A stretch of 50,058 nt of DNA, counting the filler, from Jimgerdemannia flammicorona (Eukaryota), in NCBI GenBank assembly GCA_003990765.1. It is 2 parts of 2 records of this genome, joined end to end, with 100 filler letters (N's around TTAATTAATTAA, not from the genome) between each part and the next. Parts side by side here need not be neighbours in the genome. Positions count along the whole stretch, not along the records: positions 1 to 24,984 come from RBNJ01000896.1; positions 25,085 to 50,058 come from RBNJ01000897.1. One strand, written 5' to 3'. Under the pieces are notes generated by a model, which was given only the letters and a program-made list of their open reading frames with translations, was not told the origin of the DNA and made no database searches. Below are positions 22,465 to 32,659 of this stretch, piece after piece. Made by a program: the position numbers and the translations under genes. How positions within the stretch are numbered: the stretch's first letter is position 1; each line of letters opens with the position of its first letter.

Positions 22465-24984
22465 ATGGAATCCAACAATTACGACGAGGCCGCGCTTTCC
22501 ATGGAGTTCGACACAACGTAGGTCTCTTGAATGGTACAAACAACTTCTTTTGCAAGCTGAACCAATCTAATAACGGATGTTGAACCGTTTGAAAAGTATG
22601 GGGAACGGTCAACCACAATGGGGGGTAACCCCGAAATACCAACCACTCTCAGGATACCAATTCCCGGCGGAGCCATTCGTTGGTTTACCGTACCAAGACG
22701 TCCCCGAAACGGGACAGCCCGTGTCTTATGGGCGGGTTCCAGAGGAACTTGAAATTCGCATAGAGTCCGGGTTGCCTTCCGGCGCCATCAAAGAACCACA
22801 GCCGCCGTCACAGCGTAGAATGGGACCGAGAATACATCAAGCCTGCGATTCGTGCGCCTATTTAAAACGGCGTTGCGACGGCTTGGCTACTTGCACGGAA
22901 TGCTCGAAGCGTAACAAGCCCTGCACATATTCGTCTCGAGCAGGGGGGGAAGCGTACATAAACTCAGGTGAGGGAAACGTTTTGTATTAAAGAATGAATA
23001 GAAACAATTAATTGGACTCCTTAACTGACGGAGTCGCTTTCACGCCACCAACAGCGTCGAACCAAACTATAAACCTCGACAACAAAACGATGAAGACAGT
23101 TTACCGTAAACATAATTACAATGTCCGCATGGAAGGGCCTTTCATCGGGCGCACGGAGGATCTCGAAAAATTAAACAACCTTCTCCAGGGACCTGAACGT
23201 TACATCACCATCAAAGGAATCGGCGGAATTGGCAAAACGTCGTTAGCGCTTCAGGTTTTCAAGCACTTCAACTCTGGTAGCGCTCTTGCTCTGTCTCTCG
23301 CTGGAGCACCAAGATCAAGTCAAGTGATCCTGAAGATTGCAGAGTTTTTAGCTGTCGATACTAAGGGCTTAAACGATCAAGAACAGCAGTCTAAAGTCCA
23401 TCGTAGTTTGGAAGGCGAAGAGACGATTTTGTTCTATCTCGACAACGTGGAGGACGTCAAAACAGCGATGGAAATTGGAGAATCTGGGACGAAAGAGGAA
23501 GCAAGGACATTGACAAATTTTTTCAAAGGATTACCAGACAATGTCAAAATTCTCGCAACCTCAAGAGTCGCGTTAGGGTGGCCGAATGAACGTTTGTTCG
23601 ATCTGACTGGCTTGGAGCCACACGAAGGCATGCTCGTATTTCGGCAGTGGACCCCTCAGCGCTCCGAAGCTGGGGAAGCAAATGACGAAGATGGAATGAA
23701 CCTTAGCCGGGTAACCGACGGTCACCCATTGTCGCTACGCCTTCTTGGAGGTATGTTTGACAATTGTAAGGATCCCATCCACCTATTCGTCAAAGAGGTC
23801 TGTGATCGGCTTCCGGTGGCTGTCAATTCGGAATCCATTGATAAGCGGCACGAATCGATAGACGCCTGCATTAAGTATAGCTTCGACTACCTGGATGATG
23901 AGTTTGGGACGTTACTGAGTCGGTTGAGAGTATGGAACGTTCCATTTACTTCAAACCTCGTCATGCGCGCTTTGAATGATGACCTTGCAGCCCCATCGGC
24001 ATCGCTTGTGGCAACCAATTTGCACAAACTTTGGCAAAGAAGCTGGCTAAACCGACGAAAATACGAGGTCGACCCAATGCTCGGTGACTGGCGCCCCAAC
24101 ATTATCGAGAATGAAACCGAGTTTTATAGCCTGCATCCACGCCTACACGACTTTCTCAACCACCACTTTAATAACATTGAGGCTACTCTACCCAACGATG
24201 CAGAAATTCAATTTTACACCGCGCTGTGTTACGGAGTTGGATTTGGTGTTGCAAATGATCTAGCCAAGCAAATTGAGTGGTGCACTAAGGCTGCGGACAA
24301 CGGACATTTGGAGGCGCAGTTAGCGCTAGCTGCGAGTTATCAAGGGGGGTGCGGGGTTAGCCCAGACCCGAAGATGGCATTTGATTTGTGCTTGAAGACT
24401 GCGGAGGCAGGCAGTAAACAAGCACAAAGCGAGATCGTAATGTGTTATAGAAAGGGAAGAGGTGTCGAACTAGATGAGGAAAAAGCGACTTATTGGGAGC
24501 AAAAGCTTCAGGGTGTTGAAGGAAACAAGACGGCGCCACTCTTGATCAAGTTCGACCTTTCTCTCCCACTCATCCATCGCTTGGCATTCGGTGGAGATGT
24601 GGCAAGGGTCAGATCACTCTGTAGTGGTCTCAGTGATGTCAGTGTTCGGGACAGAATTGGCAGAACGCCGCTACACGTGGCTGCACAGAATGGTCACATT
24701 GAGGTGATCGAGTGTCTGGTGTATGAATTTCAGGCAGAGATTTCCCCAAAAGACTTGTATGATGACACACCACTGCACCTTGCCGCAGAAACAGGTCGCA
24801 CCGAGCTTGTGTGGTTGTTCATCAACCATTTTGCCGTGGACCCCAATATCAAAAATTATATTGGATTGACACCACTTCACACTGCTGCTTTAAGCGGGTA
24901 CGTCGATGTTGTGAGGTTGCTCTTGGCCGATTTCAAGGTGGACGCCAACGCTAAGACCAACGATGGAAGGACGCCGCTTCACCA
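22465..24984 (+). CDS. Zn2Cys6 - NB-ARC/STAND NTPase - SEL1-like repeats - ankyrin repeats protein (NLR-like); exons 22465-22517, 22597-22967, 23055->24984; 3' end lost in the gap
   Basis: ACDSCAYLKRRCDGLATCTECSKRNKPC; FIGRTEDL; Walker A GIGGIGKT; Walker B FYLDNVE; ILATSR; GHPLSL; LHPRLHDF; SEL1 patterns (GVANDLAKQIEWCTKAADNGHLEAQ); ankyrins GRTPLHVAAQNGH, DTPLHLAA, GLTPLHTAA, GRTPLH. Introns GTAGGT..CTAAT..AAG (79 nt) and GTGAGG..CTGAC..CAG (87 nt) both preserve frame. Confidence 0.88.
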
Positions 24985-25084
24985 NNNNNNNNNNNNNNNN
25001 NNNNNNNNNNNNNNNNNNNNNNNNNNNNTTAATTAATTAANNNNNNNNNNNNNNNNNNNNNNNNNNNNNNNNNNNNNNNNNNNN
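24985..25084. other. Assembly gap with an artificial six-frame-stop linker (TTAATTAATTAA at 25029-25040)
   Basis: 100-nt block: 44 N, 12-mer, 44 N. Confidence 0.95.
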
Positions 25085-25454
25085 ATTTTTCACTTTCAAT
25101 TACTCTGAATATTATCCAAATATTTTCCGAATCATTTTTTCAGAGCAGAGTTCAGAGGGTCGGGTTCAGGGTCGGGTTCAGGGGTCGGGTTCAGGGTCGG
25201 GTTCAGGGGTCGGGTTCAGGTTTGGGTTAAGGATAAATAACGGGTCGGGTGACATACATTTCCAGGTCGGGTTAAAGACGGGTGACGTACAATTCTGGGT
25301 CGGGTTAAAGACGGGTGACGTATAATTCCGGGTCGGGTTAAAGACGGGTGACGTATAATTCCGGGTTGGGTTAAAGACGGGTGACGTCTAATTCCGGGTT
25401 GGCTGTTTTACGGGTCGGGTTTCGGGTTAATCGGGTCGGGTTTGCGGAGCACTA
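25085..25454. mobile_element. Probable terminus of a hAT-like DNA transposon with subterminal GGGTCGGGT motifs and about four 33-bp tandem units
   Basis: Reverse strand begins TAGTGCTCCGCAAACCCGACCCG; unit GGGTCGGGTTAAAGACGGGTGACGTATAATTCC at ~25262-25400. Second terminus and transposase not visible. Confidence 0.5.
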
Positions 25455-25583
25455 CTTGTGGCGCATCCTCCCTTTTGGGACGTCGTATTTTGTATATAAG
25501 GACCGTGTTTTTACATGGCAATAAATGCCTGATGCAATTTCAGTTACATTCTTTGTTTGTCCCCCTTATACACGCCTTTCCAC

Positions 25584-26783
25584 ATATCTTCTATTTGCTT
25601 TGACACTGGCTCTGGGTTCGCTCCCTTGGCTCCCGCTGGGCCTTCCTCCTCCTCTGCTGTACCGCCTGCCCTCGGGGCCGCTGTCCTCGTCGACGAGCTC
25701 ATGGATGAGGTACTTCCTCCTCCTCCCCCCCCTGCCTTCACCCCCGCCACTGTCTCATTCGAGACCTATGTCTCGTCCGCCATTCTTTCCCTCCCCCTGG
25801 ACCTTTGTCCTTCTGGTCGTCTGCTCCTCTCCCAGTTTCGGTCGGTTCTTGCCCTCTCCGCCAAGGAGGCTCGTCTCCGCCGTGATGTCGACGTCGTTGC
25901 TCCGCCTGCCATCCGCTATTCCGTTCTCCCTGAGGCTCGCCGCGTGGCTCTCTCTGAAGAGGTTCGTGCTGCCACTGCCACCGCCAAGCTTGCTACCGCC
26001 GATGCCACTGCCACTTCCGCCGCTACTGCCTCCGCCTCCTTCCAACGCGCCTGTGCCACTTTCGTGGCCTTCGCCTCCTCTCACCTCTCGGATGCCGCCC
26101 CTTTCTGTGGCTTCGCCATCCACAAAGTTCCTTCTGTCGCTGCTGACATCGATGCTGTATGTCGTTTCCTCCTCGCTGGCACTTCCTTCGTTGCTTGCCT
26201 CCATGAGCAAGAGTCATCTCGCGCCGCTGCCACTGCTCCCCTTCCTGCCTCCCCTGAGGTTTCGGTCTCCGAGGCCATTCATGCCGAAGCACATGCTGCT
26301 GCTCATGCTGAGGTTCGTTCCTTTGCCGCCGCCGCTGCCAAGGCCCCCTCCAAGACCCCTGCCAAGACCCCCGCCAAGCCCAACCAGGCTTCGTCGGCCT
26401 CTTCTCGGTCCCCCTCCCCAGCCAAGGCCTCCTCCTCTATCCCCCCTGCCCCCAAGCATGGCCGTCAACTAGGTTCTCACCCTGTCAGGGCTTGGCCTTG
26501 TGCCATCTGCTCTGGTCGCCTCCACCATGCCTACTGGCACCCGGCCAAGTCCGTCTGCCCCCATGGTGGTGATCCTCGTGCTGCTGCCCCTTCGGCTGCT
26601 CGCTCGCCTTCCGCCTCCTCTGCCGGTTCCTCCTCTGCCTCCTCGACCTGTGCCCCTGAATGCAAGGGTTGCACGAAGGCCTGTGGCCGCAAGGTCTGGC
26701 ACTCTGATGGGGTGTGCTCCCATTCGTCGGGTTTGCTGCCTTCAAAAAAAGTCAGAGGGAAGGGGAAGACCTCCCACTCCTAA
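25584..26783 (+). CDS. PLE ORF1 (~400 aa; Ala-rich helical, Pro/Lys linker, two Cys/His clusters); start codon mutated to ATA
   Basis: Long open frame; the repeat copy has ATG at the equivalent site (29202; MSSVHFDTG); CAIC..HH..H..C.H and C..ECKGC..C..H..C.H. Confidence 0.7.
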   Translation: MSSICFDTGSGFAPLAPAGPSSSSAVPPALGAAVLVDELMDEVLPPPPPPAFTPATVSFETYVSSAILSLPLDLCPSGRLLLSQFRSVLALSAKEARLRRDVDVVAPPAIRYSVLPEARRVALSEEVRAATATAKLATADATATSAATASASFQRACATFVAFASSHLSDAAPFCGFAIHKVPSVAADIDAVCRFLLAGTSFVACLHEQESSRAAATAPLPASPEVSVSEAIHAEAHAAAHAEVRSFAAAAAKAPSKTPAKTPAKPNQASSASSRSPSPAKASSSIPPAPKHGRQLGSHPVRAWPCAICSGRLHHAYWHPAKSVCPHGGDPRAAAPSAARSPSASSAGSSSASSTCAPECKGCTKACGRKVWHSDGVCSHSSGLLPSKKVRGKGKTSHS

Positions 26784-28776
26784 ACTTCCCCCCGGCCTGG
26801 TTCTCCCCCGGTGTCCCCGTTCCTTCTCGGATCCCGTCGTCGCTTCTGGTGTGCCCTGAGTGGTTCCTCATGTTGTCCCCCCTTCACCTTTCCCAGTTGC
26901 TTGTCCCGAACTTTCGGGTTTATTCTTCTCTTGGAACACTTTTGTCTTCTCCTTTTTCTTCGGCTGACTGCCCTCTTTCTCCCCTTCAAGTCTTTGCCTT
27001 ATCTTTGGGTCCTCGCTTTGTTTTTCCTGCGACTCCCTCACAATTCTCCTTCACTGATCCGGCTCGTCTTACATGTTTTCGTCATGCTCTTGACCTTGCT
27101 ATCTTCTTTAAAGATTGCGGTGAGATGCCCTCTCACTATTTCGTTCCCAGCGATTGGGTCCCCCCTCCCAATGTCTCTTCACACTGTGTATTCCTCGACA
27201 TGGCTTGCACATTGTCCGTTTCTGGACGTGCTCGCTCTTGCTTGGTTTCGGACTGTGCCATGCGTACCGCACTTAAATCGGTCAAGCAATTGCCTATGCA
27301 TTTGCTCACAGTCACTGATAAGAATCAGGGTTTTGCACTTATTCCTAAGTCGCTCTACCTTGATGGCCTTTCTGCCCTCCTTCGAGCCATGGCTTACGAG
27401 CCTAGTGCTCTTGGATTAGATGAGGTTCTCCCTCTTCTTCGGGTTGCCCTGGCTCACGCCAGATCGCTTTCGGATTCCCCATTCGCGAACCCCATTTTTA
27501 ACTTCTTCCATGACTCTTTGTCCTCTCCGGACATTTGTCTTCCTATCTTCTATGCCCTTCCTAAGGTTCACAAGCCTATTTTGGCTTGGCGTCCCATTAT
27601 GGCTGCTTATAATTCCCCCACCACTGAGATTTCGAAGTAGTTATCCCGCTTCTTCCTCTCCTGGATGGCTCTTTTACAACACTGTCTTGGGCCTGAGTAT
27701 ACCATTCTTCGTGATACTCAGGAACTCGCCCTTCTCTGCTCCACCATTGTGCCTGTTCTGGTAACTTCTCCTCCTTCTACACTGCTATTCGTTTTGATGA
27801 GATCGATGATTGCCTTCGCTTCTTGGGTTCCATTGTTTTCCCTTTGGACTCCCCTGTCTCGCTGGCTTCCATTGTTGAGCTTACACTCCTCGTCTGCGGC
27901 TCTAATTACTTTGAGTTGGCCCTTGGCTCCTTTCACCAGACTTCTGGTATTGCCATGGGTACGAATTATGCCCCCACCCTTGCCAATCTTGTTGGCTTGG
28001 CTCATGAACTTCGTGCGATACGTGATCCTTCTTCACCTCTTTCCATCGTGTTCTGGGCTGGGGATATCTTCTTTCGCCGATACATCGATGACTTTATTGT
28101 CCTTGCTGTTGCTGGTATTGATATCCCTAGTGTGTTTCGAGGCGTCTATCCTCCCCATCATTCTATTACTTGGGTGTGTGGTGCAACCAGTATCCCCTTT
28201 TTGAACCTTTCCATTTCTCTTTCTTCTTTTCGAACTGTTGTTTATTCTCGTTTCCCACGTTCTCAACAGTTCCCTGACTTCTTGTCCAACCATCCTCGTC
28301 GCACTCTTCTTGAATGTGTTCGTGGTGAGGCTCGTCGTCTTGCATTATGCTGCTCCCATTGTTCTGATTGGGTGTCTGCTGTTCGGGTTCTTGGCAACTT
28401 CGTGGTCCATCGTCGTGCCTACCCAATTTCTATCGTTCATGATCTGCTTGCTTCTGTTGAATAGTCTGTTGTTCGATCTTCCCTTCTCTCTCCTCTTTAC
28501 CCCCCCTCCCTTCCCTCCCTCCCCCCTTACCCTCTCCATACCCCCTCTTCTTTCCCACCCCCGATTCTTGTCGTACCATTTGATCATGCTCACTGGGTTG
28601 CTCAACACCCTGATACCATCCTGCGCTCTTCTCTTTCATGCCATGGACTTTCATCTCTTTTCTGACACCCTCTGATTGCTCATTCGCATCTTCCTTCTGT
28701 TTCTTCTTTAATCCATCGCTCTTGTTTTGCGTTTTCGTCACCTTCTGGTGCCTCCGGCTCTGCTGGAGAGGATTAA
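26784..28776 (+). pseudogene. PLE reverse transcriptase ORF (a few stops, frameshift near 27745)
   Basis: LSLGPRF, TDKNQG, FYALPKVHKP..RPIM, GNFSSFYTAI (motif A, D>N), GIAMGTNYAPTLANL, RYIDD, PFLNL, SNHP..GEARR..CS; frame ends at TAA 28774-28776 with no GIY-YIG. Confidence 0.87.
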
Positions 28777-29399
28777 AAAACATCCTTGCCCCCTCCGGGG
28801 TCTCGCACTTGCTCCGGGGTCTCGGCCTTACTCCGCTCCCCTCCGCTGCCTTCGGCCCCTCGCTTCGCTCGGGCTTGCTGTGGCTCGCTCCGTTTCGGCC
28901 TCACCCCTCACTCCCGCTCACCTCTCCGGGGTCTGCGGATGTTTTTTAATCTCGATTTGGATTTGTTTTGTTTGTGTTTGTTTGTGATTTTTATCCTGCA
29001 ACTGGGATTGGCTCCCCTCTTATCTCCGCCTATCTCCGGCGGTCATGTGGTTCCTAATTCAGTTCGCCCCGACTTGTGGCGCATCCTCCCTTTTGGGACG
29101 TCATATTTTGTATATAAGGACTGCATTTTTACATGGCAATAAACGCCTGATGCAATTTCAGTTACGTTCTTTGTTTGTCCCCCTTATACATGCCTTTCCA
29201 CATGTCTTCCGTTCACTTTGACACTGGCTCTGGGTTCGCTCCCTTGGCTCCCGCTGGGCCTTCCTCCTCCTCGGCATATATTGCTTACAAGAGATATATG
29301 ACACATGTGTTCCTATTATGTATAATCAATATTCTCAAAAAAAAAAGAATGTATTGTTCATATCAGTTATCTTGAATTCTTGTTATAGAGTTTTCTTTA

Positions 29400-31750
29400 C
29401 TTTATTAAGCTTATTTTTGCTAGCTATAATGATGATATCATTAACCTATATAATAACGAATACTACATTATCATCATAATACTGGATATATATACAATTG
29501 TTAGCTTTACAATATTTGAATCTATTGTTAAGAAGATATTTATCAATTCTTTTATTCTATAGATATACTACTTACTTAATATTATATAATCCTTTATATA
29601 GTCTGCATATGAGCTTACTGTTCTAGCTGTCATATCTTTGTAGTTGACAAATATATAGTTCAGTATCTATATCACTATTTAGAAAGGCTATCTTAATATC
29701 CATTTGGTGGATTTCTGGATTGTACAGTATACTGATTATAAGGAGTGTTCTAATCAAAGTAAGTTTGAATACTGGTGAGAATATTTCATCATAATCAATG
29801 CTGTAATCTTGCAAGTAACCCTTGGTAATAAAGTGAGCTTTATACTACTCTATATTATCATCAATATTATACTTTATCTTATATATCTATCTTGATCCAA
29901 TTACTTGATGATTTGGTAGAAGAGATACTAGATCCTATATATTGTTCTTAATAAGTGAATTATATTCTTTATTTATAGCTTATTTCTATTTCTTACTATC
30001 AGAATTAGTTATAACTTCATTGTATGTACTTGACTCACTAGAAGATATTATAATATATATATATTTATATACTTCAGCATAGCTCATGTGGTTCTTATAT
30101 TACTATTAAGAGCTTGTTAGTACATATATTTCAATAATTTCCCAATTCTGAATGAGTTTATTAGTGAATATTGTAGCACTTTTATACTTGTTTACTCTTT
30201 ATAGAGATAGAGAAGCCCTCATAATAAGAGGATTCACTATTATTATCTTTGATCTCTATTATTCTTGGTTTAGATATTTCTGACTCAGGTATATATAGTA
30301 GTTGATAATAATTTTGATTGACTGCTGGAGAAGTAGATAATAGTTGTACTGGTTACTACATTTGTACTAAGATATAGATATAGAGGTCTCAACTAGTACT
30401 TTCACATAGATTTCTAAGTCTTTTTCTCTGAACTACATATTGTAAGAGATGACTATATACTACTTATATAGATTCCATAGCTGATATAAATTGCTAGAAT
30501 ACCTAAGAAATATGTACTTACTCATTTTGGGTTTGAATTTATCTTAGATAGCATTGCTTTTATCAAGAACATATGCCTTACAGCCAAACATATATAGATA
30601 TAATATATTTGGCTTAGATCTGCTCTATAATTCTTCAGGGATAAGATTATTATCTCTGAAATACTTATTATTATCAGAATTCTTACTTAGTGATTGAGAT
30701 ATATATCAGTTACAGATATATACCACAGTGTTTATAGCTTTAGCTCAATAAGAATACAATAGTCCAGTAGTATTGATCATCATATATGTTATTTCTATAG
30801 CTATATAGTTAAATTGCTTGACCATACTGTTCTACTGAGATATATAGGGAGTTGTCATTTGATAAGTTATACCATATTTCATCAGAAACTGCTTGAATGT
30901 ATGGTTGATATATTTGCATCCATTATCTAATCATATAGTATATATTCTACATCCTATCTCATTCTTAGTAATTACTTTAAATTCTTTGAATTTATTCAAA
31001 GCTTTGCTCTTTACTGATAGAAGATATATATATACTTTATACATATAATTATTGATGAATGTGAGAAAATATCTCTTGCCAGAATGTGATGGTATATGTA
31101 TTAGCCCACATATATCTATATATATAAGATTGAGGGTCTCAGATATATGTTTTAATTATTCTTTGAATGATCACTGAAATGTTTTATTTACTATTATAGA
31201 TATATATATACCAGCAATCTATTGATAGATCCACTGCTTATTATATATTTGAGGCTTATCTTGCTGATATGTTCTAAGTATTGATGCTATATATTAGATG
31301 TGTCAGATATATGCAGAGGCTTTCATACTATCTGGTATACTATTGATCATATAAAGATTACCATATTTCAAAGCTATCATTAATCTCTTATTGTTATATA
31401 AATTATATAATATTATGTTCTTTGAATATATGTATATCTTTTTGTTACCATGGGCCATCATTTTGCCTATAGAGAAGAGATTCTTTCTTATCTCTAGAGT
31501 ATATAGTACATCTATAAAAGTAGTAGTGGGTTTAATAATATTTCCATAGAGGTTTATACTGATATTTCTCTTTTCTTAAGTATAGATGATATTATTATCT
31601 TCCAACTTAATGAGTACAGAGTGTTCAAATAGTTGATATGTGGAGAACTATTCCCTATATGGCATCATATATTATATAGCTCTGGAATTCATTAATCAGA
31701 CATCATTGTCATCAGCTGTATTTATATATTCACTAAATATATGACTAGGT
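29400..31750 (-). mobile_element. Heavily eroded Ty1/copia internal region (PR-IN-RT)
   Basis: IDYDEIFSPV..IRTLL..IHQMDIKIAFLN (RVT_2); integrase remnants DICG, RYFLTF, TTPY at ~30830-31120; protease remnant near 31690; order PR-IN-RT. Confidence 0.85.
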
Positions 31751-31929
31751 ATATAGTTGGTGGTTTTCTATCTATACTGCTAGTAGTACTGATGTCATCA
31801 CTACTTTTCATCAACCCAAAAGTGTTTCACTGACTGGTATTTATAGATGATAAGTTGGTAGATTTGGTAGTCAAACTGCTTATAGATATTGATCTCATAC
31901 TGATAGAGCTGGTGAAACTAGCATTGGCA

Positions 31930-32560
31930 GTAGGTTTGGCAGAGATCACTATCCCCCCCACTACTACTCTCTTCTCCATCACTTCTAACAGTATATTCTC
32001 CTTCTTAAAGCCCACCTCTACCTCTTTCAGACCCTTTAAAAATTTCACCAAGGCTGCTCCCTTTACCTCTTGGGTCAAAAGCCCCAGAATCATCCTCACT
32101 GTTACTACTAAGCTCTGGAAACACAATATGATAGCAAATTCTGAACTTGATTTCTTGAGTAATAGTGTCATCACTAGGTCTGTTATACTATCTACTAGAT
32201 CTCCAGACCTTGTGCCTACCCCCTGTCCAGATCTACTATTAACTATCATATCTGGATTTTTTTTCCAGATTAGCAGTTCTCTTGCCATTAGCAGTCTTGC
32301 TTCCTCCAGTCACTACTCTTCCAGCCCTACTGTCCTCACCACTATAGACTGCTCCATCAGATCCTGCAGCCCTTGCCATCTTCTTGTCCTTTCTCAGCCA
32401 ACTATCTAATCTAGTTAACAGATGTCCCTCCTTTATCTTGTCTATAAAGCTCATCCTTCCAGTCCTCTGTCTTTCAGCACTATCTCCTCCTCTTCCATAT
32501 TCTCTAGCCAGCAAGTCCCACATATTTCCCACCAAGTCATGACTCCTCTCTACATACTGC
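31930..32560 (-). mobile_element. Fragment of LINE ORF1 related to LINE 2
   Basis: KNPDMIV.RSGQG.GTR.GDL.D..LLLKKS closely matches ORF 46592-46879. Confidence 0.8.
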
Positions 32561-32659
32561 CAGTCAAATATACTAGAGTTATTCTGCCCAGCACATATCT
32601 CAGAATACTTATCAGTTGTTATATTATTAGTATCTATTCTCCAAAAATAATAACTTAAG

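Larger units (their letters stand above)
25455..29272 (+). mobile_element. Penelope-like retroelement lacking a GIY-YIG endonuclease, with two ORFs and 200-bp direct terminal repeats
   Basis: PLE-type RT motifs; direct repeats 25455-25654 and 29073-29272 containing TATATAA, AATAAA and the ORF1 start. Confidence 0.87.

Noticed and set aside
21812..22521. ORFs 21812-22279 (-) and 22291-22521 (+) as separate genes
   Set aside because: No recognisable domains; they overlap the foldback element and promoter, and only the last 18 codons of the second are used as inferred exon 1.
25029..25040. Palindromic TTAATTAATTAA ending the NLR-like ORF
   Set aside because: Centred in N padding; an artificial scaffold linker, so the stop at 25036 is not real.
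25157..25230. Telomere tract
   Set aside because: Short, irregular GGGTCGGGTTCA units grading into longer units and a TAG-type terminus fit a transposon subterminal region better; true telomere repeat unknown.
25262..25400. 33-bp repeats as a CRISPR array
   Set aside because: Units are head-to-tail with no unique spacers, there are no cas genes, and the context is eukaryotic.
25526..25545. Hammerhead ribozyme in the PLE repeat (CTGATG..)
   Set aside because: Reads CTGATGCA rather than CTGANGA, with no suitably placed GAAA or stems.
25455..29272. DIRS/Ngaro or LTR retrotransposon
   Set aside because: No RNase H, tyrosine recombinase, protease or integrase; RT motifs are Penelope-type.
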